Assembly (NCBI GenBank): GCA_964016885.1
Contig: OZ024743.1
Span: 249,116,001 to 249,180,000, forward strand
Origin: Eledone cirrhosa
Lineage: Eukaryota
Direction: 5' to 3'
DNA: 64,000 bases
Of the stretch, positions 53,501-64,000 are shown piece after piece. Positions within the stretch are counted from its first letter, which is position 1, and each line of letters opens with the position of its first letter. Made by a program: the position numbers and the translations under genes. Under the pieces are notes generated by a model that saw only the letters and a program-made list of their open reading frames with translations, had not been told where the DNA came from and did no database searches.

Positions 53501-54761
53501 CTGCTATCAGGGGATTTTCGGCAAATGCTGCCTGTCATCCCCAAAGGGACAAGAGCTGATGAAGTGCGTGCCTGCCTTAAGTCGTCCACGTTGTGGTCCC
53601 AGGTGAAGACTTTGTACCTGAGCACAAATATGCGTGCTCATTTGCATGGTGACAACGTGTCTGCAGCATTTGCTCCGAAGATTTTAGCACTTGGTGAGGG
53701 CAAGGTCCCTGCGGATGACAAGGGCGGCATAGCAATCGACTCCCTGTGCAACATTGTGAGCAGCCCTTCTGACCTTTGGGAGGCAGTTTTTCCTAATGTC
53801 TCATCTAACTTTAAAAACTTCGATTGGCTCAGCGAACGAGCCATCCTTGCTCCGAAAAATGCCATGGTTAATTTTATTAACGAGCAGCTGATTGAGAAAA
53901 TTCCCGGTAAAGAGCAATTCTTCAAATCTATCGACCGACGTCAGACCCCGACGATATCATTAATTATCCGGTTGAGTTATTAAATTCCCTTGAGCCTCCA
54001 GGGCTCCCACCTCACATTCTTAAGCTTAGGATTGGCTGTCTCATTATGCTAATAAGGAACTTGCATCCACCAAAGCAGTGCAACGGTACTCGCATGGTCG
54101 TCAAGTCAATGACGCCCCACTTGATTGAGGCCACCATTGTAACGAGGTGCGGGAGAGGGGAGAATGTTTTCATTCCAAGGATGAACCTTTTCCCCTTAGC
54201 GTCAGATATCCCGTTCGATTTCCGGCAATCCCAATTCCCGATGAGACCATGTTTTGCCATGTCCATTAACAAGTCACAAGGGCAAACATTGTCGGTGGCG
54301 GGCATCCATTTGGGGGAGCCATGCTTCTCCCATGGTCAATTTTATGTTGCCTGTTCCCACGTAGGGAGCAGGAATGCACTTTTTGTTTACACTCCTCAAG
54401 GGATGACACGCAATATCGTCTACAAAGAGGTGCTATAGATGTTGGTGCAGGTGTTGGAGGTGTTGGAGCTATGCCGTCTGGAAAACTATTTCCTGGTAGG
54501 GTCACCCATGGCGGACAGATGTGACACCCAGAAGCATCAGGGTCACCATCTTGCAACTTTGGTCTGCTAAATTCGCTATTGGAAGATTATTAACCCATCA
54601 TTGATTGTCCAAAATGGTAATTGGTTCATAACTTTTAATAACCGGTTCAACTGCTTTATGCACTTACTTGATAAGCTTATTCGCTTTCAAGCCACATTTA
54701 CCTGTATGTAACTTTTCATAGCAAATGAATAAACTCGAGCAACGCCGGGCTAAACTGCTAG
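50510..54761 (+). mobile_element. Helitron with decayed Rep/Pif1 helicase
   Basis: 3' CTCGAGCAACGCCGGG hairpin + CTAG at 54758-54761 followed by T; 5' boundary approximate within (TA)n; internal 54-bp and ~113-bp tandem repeats. Confidence 0.9.
51600..54438 (+). pseudogene. Helitron RepHel (HUH Rep + Pif1 SF1 helicase), disrupted
   Basis: EWQKRGLPHAHILIWL, KYICKYVNKG, FLDGPGGNGKTF, GRTAHSTFKLP, GDFRQMLPV, FAMSINKSQGQTL, FSHGQFYVACS; several stops and frameshifts. Confidence 0.95.
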
Positions 54762-54804
54762 TATATATATATATATATAGAGACATATATATCTATATAT
54801 ATAT

Positions 54805-55850
54805 ATCACCATTTAACGTCAATTTTCTACATTAGCATGGCTTAGATGAGTTGTCCCATTGTGGGACAAGTCAGATCAGGTGGCCGTGTCTTGCTCATAC
54901 AGAACTGTTTCTGGCTTGGTTTCTACAGTGGATGCCCTTCCTAACACCAACCACATTTACAGTGTAGACTGGATACTTTTTATCATGGCACCAAAATGAC
55001 CTACTGGCTGATTGGACTGGATACTTTTTCATTGTATCACTAGCACGACTACTTTACTTTTAAGAGGGCATGTGGTTGGTCCTTTATGAGATGTGAAGTT
55101 AACTAAATTTGGATATAAGTTTATTTTGTTGATGCTCTAACAATGCTTGTAGATCTACTACATATGGAGTCTACCTTTTCTGTTACTTTGCTTGCTATCC
55201 AACTACACCTCATGTGCACCCAAGATTTACATTGTGTACGTCATAGTGAGTTTTTACCTACTTCTTTTTAACATATCAAGCACAGTCAATTCCTCCATGG
55301 GATCAGGGACTTTTCTTCTTTCCTACTTACTAAAACTTTGTCTTTTGTCAAGATTACTCTAAGCCAATTTGATTCTAATTTCTGTTTCTACAATTGGAAT
55401 TTTTTCACAGATTTGGTAATAAGAACCAGGTTGTCAGCATACAGATGTTACCATGGACAGCTGGCCTTAAACTCTTACATTATGGCCTGGAGAACTATAA
55501 TAAATAGGAGTGTGTTGAAGACAGAGTCCTGTTGAACACCTACATGCACATTGAATTCTTCACTAAGCTCATTATCTACTCCCTTTACTGGCAACTCTCT
55601 TGCAAATGACTTGCACTGCTTTCACAAGCCACTCATCTATACCCATTTTCCTTAAAGACACCAGACAACAGACTTTCTCCAGATTAAGGAAACCTAGATA
55701 TAGTGGCTTACACTTAGCTAGGAAAATCTCTTGTAGTTGTCTAATTAAGTAGAGGGTAACTGTTCTATGCCTTCCTGGCACAAAAGCAAACTGCTTCTCT
55801 TTTAATTTGACTCTCCCCTAATTGATTTTGCTAAAACCTTTTCTATCCCC
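54805..55850 (-). mobile_element. heavily decayed RTE LINE
   Basis: IRQLQE.FLAK.KPLYL.F.NLEK, LRKMGIDEWLV motifs and the RTE 3' UTR. Confidence 0.72.
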
Positions 55851-57124
55851 ACAAGATACACACACACACACACACATATATATGTTGTGGCTATTTTTGC
55901 AAATTCCACCACCTTCACCACTAATTGATTTGACATGTCTTTAACCCATTGATACCAAAATTATTTGGCCAGCAGTTCATGTGTATGTGTAAGTATTTAT
56001 ATATATGTGTGTGTATGTGTCTATGTATGTATGTATGCATGCATGAATGAATATAGTAAGCTGTAAATTTAGTACTATGTACAACCAATGATTCCAACAT
56101 TAACACTATCATATATTTTGGTTTCTATTATTTCCCTAGGGAATACAGGGTCGATAAAATAAAGTACCAGTAATGTACTGGTTAATTGCTGGCCTTGTGC
56201 CTAAAAATAGAAACCATTATTTCCCTAGGGAATTGTTTGACTAAATGCTTTGCTTAATTGTTTAATTTATTTTTAATAAAATAATTCTTTCTCTAATCTC
56301 TAAGACATTAAGATATTTTTTGAAAGCAAAGCATTGGCCCCTAAAATACTATAGTGGGCTCCTGCAATGCTACCGTGGGCCACCTGGAGCCCACTTGCCA
56401 TTGGGCAACCTGGCCAGTCTGGCACTGGTCATATGTATCTAAATTTTCCTCCCTTTTGTTGTACACAATCTGTAGAGTTATTCTGAACCTATATTTAACA
56501 GAGAGGTCCTTTAACTTCAATGCACTCCTTCTCCAGATGTTTCTCAAAAGATTTTAAAGTCAACCCAAAGAGAATTTGCAATCAGAAATGATCGGTACAA
56601 AACTAAATATGGTAACAACAACATCATTGCTTTTCTGTTTTTTCCATACTCACATGGGTTTAACAAGTTCTCTCCTGTACAGTTTTTCTTCACTAGTATC
56701 TTTCTTTTTGTCAACTTCTTTGCTAAGATCAACTTTCCCTACCTTTGCCCACATCTTTCTTGGTTTTCATCTTTTATGGTTTCCTTCCACTTGGAACTCC
56801 TAGCACTTCTTCACCCAATGATCATTATCTATGAGCATCATGTAACCATGCCAATGCAATCATTTCTTCTGCACACTACATATGATTCCTCTTATACCTA
56901 GTTTTTCTTTAAATATTAATTGAAAAAAAATTAAAAGAATTAGAACAAGAGAAATATCTAACCAAAGAACACTCATTGCAGCAAAAGCAACTCTTCTTTT
57001 CTGTCCCCTAGACAAAGACATTACAGAACGTGTTGCCAAATCTCCACTGATTCCAAATGATCCAAGAATAAATCAATACATTTCAACTGGTTTATGTTAG
57101 TTAGGTGTGTAACAACAGTTAGTG

Positions 57125-57535
57125 GGGTGGATTGGCAGTATTGGTAGAGGGTCGGACGCCATGCTTTGATGCATAGAGTTACGGCCCTTGCCATTCTGAG
57201 TTCAAATCCCGCCGAGGTTAACTTTGCCTTTCATCCTTATGGAGTCAATAAAATAAAGTACCAGTAATGCACTGGGATAATTGCTGGCCTTGTACCAAAA
57301 GTAGAAACAATTATTATTATTGTTGTTGTTAGGGCGGTGGCTTGGCAGTATCGGTAGAGCGTCAGACACCATGCTTTGCAGCATAGAGTTATGGCCCTTT
57401 ACATTCTGAGTTCAAATCTCACCGAGGTTAACTTTACCTTTCATCCTTACGGGGTCGATAAATAAAGTACCAGTAATGCACTGGGATAATTGCTGGCCTT
57501 GTGCCAAAAGTAGAAACATTATTATTGTTGTTGTT
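57125..57535 (+). mobile_element. head-to-tail pair of SINE family A copies
   Basis: Two full copies, each ending in (ATT)n/(GTT)n. Confidence 0.85.
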
Positions 57536-57675
57536 GCAAAGAATTAAAACTAAATAAAAATAGAATATAGGTATATTAGTATCACATTCTGAATAAAGAT
57601 ATTTTAGACAGTGTGAAATTTCTAAAAAGCAAATGAGTAAAACATGTTGCTGTTAACAAGAAATATTTTACTTAC

Positions 57676-57813
57676 AGATCTTTTCCATAAATCAGTAGGC
57701 AAAAGAATCTCATCTCGGGCTCGCTCAGCAATGGCTAAAGAAAGCTTTTTATTTACTTCCTTTAAGGATATCTTGATCATGTGGCACTCAAAGCTTTCTA
57801 ACAGTTTCAGAAG
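57676..57813 (-). CDS. CCDC162-like exon (LLKLLESFECHMIK...ERARDEILLPTDLWKRS)
   Basis: ttttag acceptor, gtaagt donor; 138 nt, phase 0; LPTDLWK motif recalled for CCDC162. Confidence 0.88.
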
Positions 57814-57904
57814 CTAAAAGAAGAATTAACAAACAACATAATCAAAAGGATAAAAAAAAACAAACAAGAACTTTTCAAAATAAAAATGAGAGGAAAAGTT
57901 ATCT

Positions 57905-58321
57905 ATTATTATGCTGGAGAAACATGCTTTGCGGCATAGAGTTACGACTCTTTACATTCTGTGTTCAAATCCTGCTGATGTTAGCTTTGCATTTCATCCT
58001 TACGGGGTTGATAGAATAAAGTACCAGTAATTCACTAGGGTCGATTTAATCGACTTTCCCCTCTCCCCAAATTGCTGGCCTTGTGCCTATAGTAGAAATC
58101 ATTATTATGCTGGAGAAAGAGCAGTGGATTGGCAGTATAGGTAGAGGGTCGGACACCATGCTTTCCAGCATAGTTACGTCCCTTTACGATCTGAGTTCAA
58201 ATCCCGCTGAGGTTGACTTTGCCTTTCATCCTTACGGGGTCGATAAAATAAAGTACCAGTAATGTACTAGGTAATTGCTGGCCTTGTGCCAAAAGTAGAA
58301 ACAATTATTATGCTGGAGAAA
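57905..58321 (+). mobile_element. two SINE family A copies separated by three copies of an 18-bp target sequence
   Basis: ATTATTATGCTGGAGAAA at 57905, 58101 and 58304. Confidence 0.8.
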
Positions 58322-58848
58322 AGATTATTGCATGTTAATATATTATTTGTGAAAACAATGTTTGATTATTTCATGTGTTTGCTAATGCAAATGTAATGTT
58401 ATTAGTGGGCAGATCATTGTAAAAAATTGCCTTATTAGAGTAGAGACTAATTTTTAATGTGATGCAGCCATACTGCTGTTTTCTACTTTTCAAGAATGGT
58501 TTCCTAATGTGATTTCATGTAATTCAGGGCATTAAGAATTAATAATGAACATATACTAAATAAGTGCTCGGATTTATGCTCACCTAAGAGTATGTATTTC
58601 TCACTAGTATGAGATAGTTACAGTGCTGGGATGGGGATTGGGTGGTGGGTATCAGGTGATTGGTATCTCATACACAAAAAGAAGAGGTAATAAGTTAAAA
58701 AGCTCATTAATTATTATCACAGCTCTACTGTTCTCATCATTACTATCATCATTTTTATCCTCACAAGCATGTTAAATGGAGTTAATTGCTTGACTTTTCA
58801 TTATTAACAGTATATGTCAATGACTTATTAGCAAATTTGCAGAGTGCA

Positions 58849-59382
58849 AATCGTGAGGATTGCCCCGCCCTCCTCCTTTAGCCGGGAAGGGCAGGCAGTT
58901 TTTATCTGCCTGGTGGCCATGGTGAAAGAGATAGTATGGTGGACACGTTTGAAAGGGCTGAAGACGAGCACTTACCTCTTCGGTGATGCTCTGATTGACT
59001 TTTTCAAATTTCATTTGAAAAGGAAAATCAGAGTAGAGAGGGAAGTGCTTGCTTCCCAGCATTTTGTTGAAAGATGGGTGAGAGAAGCAAGAATGGCCCG
59101 AGTGAATGGGCCTACTCTGAGTATATATCTGTAAATTAAAGGTGGAAAACTGGGAGAGGGCACTTGCCTTGGTGGTCAGGGTCATTGTGGCTTTTTACTG
59201 GGCTTTCTCCACAAATGTCCCTCCGAAGTCTGCCCCCTATTGGGGAATTTTTCATTGTTATTTTTTGTTACATCCTCTGTTTTTGTTTTTTACACGCAGA
59301 AATGCCCATTTGTACCGTCCTGCATTGTCCTGCACTGTCCTTAATGTCTACTTTATGTAAACCCTTGTGGTTAATAAAGAAA
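58849..59382 (+). mobile_element. 5'-truncated L1/Tx1-type LINE with 51-bp target-site duplication
   Basis: ORF2-like C-terminus (MVKEIVWWTR...KIRVERE...FVERW), 3' UTR ending AATAAAGAAA; identical flanks 58798-58848 and 59383-59433. Confidence 0.8.
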
Positions 59383-60431
59383 TCATTATTAACAGTATAT
59401 GTCAATGACTTATTAGCAAATTTGCAGAGTGCAGGGTAATTAAAGTGGAGGACAGAATGCCTCACAGCAGTTAATCTTTGTTTTTAGTTCAAATTCAAAG
59501 GGTAACTTTGCCTTTTATCTTTTTGTGTGCGCTAAAATAAAGTAACAGTTGAAAATATTAGAGCATCAGTAAAATGATACCATGCAGTATTTGTTCTGAA
59601 TCTTTGTGTTCTGAGTTCAAATTTTATTATAGCCTACTTGTGTGATAGACTTAATCTGTGACCCAGTTTAACACCCCCACCTGGACGTTGGGTGCCTTTA
59701 ACAAAATCCACTTTCTTTTGCAAGCATTCAGACCAGGCATCCAATTTAAGGGTACCTGAACTAGTCTCAGCTCTGAAAAAGAGTCATGGTCACCACTCTT
59801 CACTCCCTGAATAAACAGCAAATAAATGAATGCCCCAAGGAGAAGAGTGAAATTGTGTCATTCATACTCTCTCAAAAGTAAAGTGATCTAGGTACAATTA
59901 GAGATTAAAACTAGGTTGCTGATTTCTGATTCTTGAAGCTAGCTTATTTACAGTGCTTACTCAGATTTAAGATTGTACTTTTTATCATTGTAATTGCTGT
60001 TGTTATCATCATCATTCTACATCTGCTTTCCATGCAGGTATGGGTGGGATGGATTATTACAGTCTGAGTCGATTCTTATTCAGAGTTACTGATCTCCTAG
60101 ATGAGTGAGATGACCAAGCCTCTCATTCTTACATTCCATTTTGACATAGTTTCTATGCTTGAATCTCCTTCCTAATGCCAACCATTTTACAGAGTATGCT
60201 GGGTACATTTTACCATGACATTAAAAGTATAGAATAAAGAGTCCACTCTACCCTATCTTGTTTCATTTGTATTTGATCATCAACCACTCTACAGAGTGTA
60301 TAGGGTATATTTAATAATGGTGTCAACATTAGAGAAGTTACATTGCCTCCTCCCTGACAAAAGAATCTTTTCTAATCTATGTTATCTCCTTTCTTCCAGT
60401 GTAATTTGAAGGGGATCAATGAATAAGAGAT

Positions 60432-60673
60432 TTAACCCTTTCATTGTCATATCTATAATTTAAAAAAACACTGCCCATGGTTTTCAAATAATTTGGAATG
60501 TGGAGAGATATAATGACATAACTAACTTTATCATTATTAAGCTGGTATTTGGAACATAATGTTTCTTAAAATTATGATGGAATATTTTAGATAATGATAA
60601 GCACTTTAAAATAAACAGCTTTTTATCATAGAATCAGAGGCACTTTCAGGCAGTTTGGTATCAAATGTATTAA
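60432..60673. mobile_element. piggyBac-type MITE
   Basis: TTAA-CCCTTT start, TTAA end, shared internal sequence. Confidence 0.7.
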
Positions 60674-60740
60674 TAAGAAGAGAATATGAATATGAGTGTG
60701 AAGGGGGAATCAGAAGGAAAATAAAACTAGTAACACTCAC

Positions 60741-60891
60741 TTGATTGCCTTTTACATCAAAGTCAGATACTAAAGCTGGAGTGATCATAGGGTCCTTAAC
60801 ATTTGAAAACCCTGCATACAATCCTCCTTGGTTCTTTTTCTGATCTAAACTCTGAAGAACTGGGAAGAGGATTTTTCTTCGATACACATTG
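60741..60891 (-). CDS. CCDC162-like exon (NVYRRKILFPVLQSL...VSDFDVKGNQ); gene continues upstream beyond the window
   Basis: tttcag acceptor, gtgagt donor; phase 0 end joins LLKLLE exon. Confidence 0.8.
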
Positions 60892-61149
60892 CTGAAAAAT
60901 CCAATAAAGTAAAGTATCAAGAAAAATAACATACAACAAAACAACACTAAAAAAATATTTCTAATGAAAGACACTGTCTATAATTTGAAAATAATCCAGA
61001 ATTTGGAGGGATTTATATATAACTGGTGCTTGGAACATACCCAGTACACTCTGTAAAGAGATTGATGATAGAAAGGAGACAATATAGAATAGTACTGGTG
61101 TCACAATAAAATGCATGCTGTACCCACTATAAAGTGCTTATGCCAATCC

Positions 61150-61905
61150 CCCTCCTCCTCATTATCATCATCATTATCATCATCATTTTACATCCATTTC
61201 TCCATGCTTACATGTGTTGGACTTCTCCAGCACAGCTTCATCTCACCCATTATGTGCATTCATCATCATCTCTGTGAGAGTCAGTATTTTGAAATTAACT
61301 TTAACTATCTCTGCCCAGATTTTCCTCAACCTTTCTCTACTGTAGCTTCCCTCCACTGGAAGCTCCTGGCATTTCTTCATCCAGTGACCATCATCCACAG
61401 GCATCACATATCCATACAAGTGCAATTTTCTTTTCTGCACATTACATCTGATTCCTCTTTTATCTAGTTTTTCTCTCAGCTCATCTGTGCTTTGTCAGTA
61501 ATGTACATTAACATTACATATCCTGCTTCTGCAATCCTCTGCATTCACTGACCATGTTTCACTGCTATGCAACATTGTACTTTTAACACAGGCCACATCT
61601 AATCTACCCTTCACAAAGAGATAAACCTTTTGTTGTCAACATGTAACAGAAACTATCAACTACTTCTATAGTACACTCCCAGGATTAGAAAAAATTTCAC
61701 AGCTGCTTTTATGACAAACTATCCCAGTGTACATGTCACATGCAAAGTCTATCTTTTCCTGTTAGCCTGCCTTTAACCCCATTATACCTCTTGTGTACCT
61801 ATATGTTACATCGTGTACATTGTATAGAGTACCTACCTATATACATTGAGCACATACACTTCCCTGGTGGAATCAGTCTCATCTTCTTTCCTGCTTACTA
61901 AACTT
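61150..61905 (-). mobile_element. decayed RTE LINE fragment
   Basis: QKRKLHLYGYV...KKCQELPVEG...RKIWAE C-terminal motif; upstream RT remnants. Confidence 0.7.
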
Positions 61906-62159
61906 TGATCTTTGGTGTTACAATGAAATGCACCCAGTACACACTGTAATGTGGTTGATCCAGCCATAGAAACTTTGCCAAAATAGAGAGTGTTTGAGCA
62001 AGGCACAGTTATCCAACCATGTCTTGTCTTAGACAGTGGTAACCCATCCAACCAATGCCAGCATTGAAAACAGATGTATGATGATGTCAATGATGATAAT
62101 GTCAATATAAATAGCTCATATTAAATACATGTGTAAAGAGTATCATACCAACTCTATAA

Positions 62160-64000
62160 AGGCAATAGTAATGTGCTGACTTAATAGGCAATAGCAATAT
62201 GTTATTACATAGGCCATAGTAATGTGTTAACTACACGTTAACTACATAGGTAACAGTAATATGTTAACTATATAAGCAATAGTAATGTGTTGACTACACA
62301 TTGACTATATAGGTAACAGTAATGTGCTAGCTACATGTTAACTACATAGACAACAGTAATGTGTTAACTACATAGACAACAGTAATATGTTAACTACATA
62401 GACAACAGTAATATATTAACTACATAGACAACAGTAATATGTTAAATACATAGGCAACAGTAATATGTTAACTACATAGACAACAGTAATGTGTTAACTA
62501 CATAGGCAACAGTAATATGTTAAATACATAGGCAACAGTAATGTGTTAACTATATAGACAACAGTAATATGTTAACTACATAGGCAACAGTAATATGTTA
62601 ACTACATAGACAACAGTAATATATTAACTACATAGACAACAGTAATATGTTAACTACATAGGCAACAGTAATGTGTTAACTACATAGACAACAGTAACGT
62701 GTTAACTACGTAGGCAACAGTAAAGTGTTAACTACATAGGCAACAGTAATGTGTTAACTACATAGACAACAGTAACGTGTTAACTACATAGACAACAGTA
62801 AAGTGTTAACTACATAGACAACAGTAATGTGTTAACTACATAAACAACAGTAATATGTTAAATACATAGACAACAGTAATGTGTTAACTACATAGACAAC
62901 AGTAAAGTGTTAACTACATAGACAACAGTAATGTGTTAACTATTTAGACAACTGTAACGTGTTAACTACATAGACAACTGTAATGTGTTAACTACATAGA
63001 CAACAGTAATGTGTTAACTACATAGGCAACAGTAATGTGTTAAGTACATAGACAACAGTAATGTGTTAACTACATAGACAACAGTAATGTTTTAACTACA
63101 TAGAGAACTGTAATGTGTTAACTACATAGACAACTGTAATGTGTTAACTACATAGACAACAGTAAAGTGTTAACTACATAGGCAACAGTAATGTGTTAAC
63201 TACATAGACAACAGTAATATGTAAACTACATAGGCAACAGTAATGTGTTAACTACATAGGCAACAGTAAAGTGTTAACTACATAGGCAACAGTAAAGTGT
63301 TAACTACATAGGCAACAGTAATGTGTTAACTACATAGGCAACAGTAATGTGTTAACTACATAGACAACAGTAATGTGTTAACTACATAGGCAACAGTAAT
63401 GTGTTAACTACATAGACAACAGTAAAGCGTTAACTACATAGACAACAGTAATGTGTTAACTACATAGACAACAGTAAAGTGTTAACTACATAGACAACAG
63501 TAATATGTTAACTACATAGACAGCAGTAATATGTTAACTACATAGACAACAGTAATATGTTAACTACATAGGCAACAGTAATGTGATGTCTATATAGGCA
63601 TAAGTAATGTGTTAACTACATAGACAACAGTAATATGTTAAATACATAGACAACAGTAATGTGTTAACTACATAGACAACAGTAATGTGTTAACTACATA
63701 GACAACAGTAATGTGTTAACTACATAGACAACAGTAATGTGTTAACTACATAGACAACTGTAATGTGTTAACTACATAGATAACTGTAATGTGTTAACTA
63801 CATACACAACAGTAATGTGTTAACTACATAGGCAACAGTAAAGTGTTAACTACATAGGCAACAGTAATGTGTTAACTACATAGAGAACAGTAATATGTTA
63901 ACTACATAGGCAACAGTGATGTGTTAACTACATAGACAACAGTAATATGTTAACTACATAGACAACTGTAATGTGTTAACTACATAGACAACTGTAATGT
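62160..64000. repeat. 26-bp minisatellite (GTAATGTGTTAACTACATAGACAACA)n, runs off the window end
   Basis: Period 26 (ACTACATAG at 62341 and 62367); roughly 70 units. Confidence 0.97.

Noticed and set aside
57125-57215. tRNA-like A/B boxes here and at other SINE heads
   Set aside because: No complete cloverleaf; each continues into a SINE body.
60606-60974. ORF resembling a type II membrane sulfotransferase N-terminus (hydrophobic stretch + DFDVKGNQ)
   Set aside because: The hydrophobic part translates the intron polypyrimidine tract; the real exon (60741-60891) splices in frame to the CCDC162-like chain, and no FLHIQKTGG motif follows.
62160-64000. Possible CRISPR array
   Set aside because: Contiguous 26-bp units with no unique spacers, no cas genes, eukaryotic context.

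Overview
AT-rich, repeat-dense eukaryotic (metazoan) genomic DNA; the SINE/RTE/Penelope repertoire and (TA)n/(ATC)n content suggest a coleoid cephalopod such as octopus (inference, not verified). Two spliced genes converge tail-to-tail. (1) + strand: the last five visible coding exons (2017-10443) of a two-domain cyclic-nucleotide-binding protein (CNBD2-like). (2) - strand: 14 phase-consistent exons (60891 down to the stop at 12950) of a CCDC162-like coiled-coil protein whose 5' part lies beyond the window. Introns hold decayed RTE LINEs, several tRNA-derived SINE families, TTAA-flanked piggyBac-type MITEs, hAT MITEs, a Rep/Pif1 Helitron plus a non-autonomous Helitron, L1/Tx1 and CRE-like fragments, and a 26-bp minisatellite. 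The most notable signals are RNA-structural: a ~428-bp terminally redundant unit with a type I hammerhead ribozyme (retrozyme-like, 25785-26311); a nearby Penelope-like GIY-YIG element with its own hammerhead and an inverted pseudo-LTR that breaks inside the ribozyme; a third half-hammerhead fold-back (~50.4 kb); and a ~270-330-bp inverted repeat bracketing a single weakly spliced exon (34609-34757). All homology calls come from motif recognition by eye; no searches were run.
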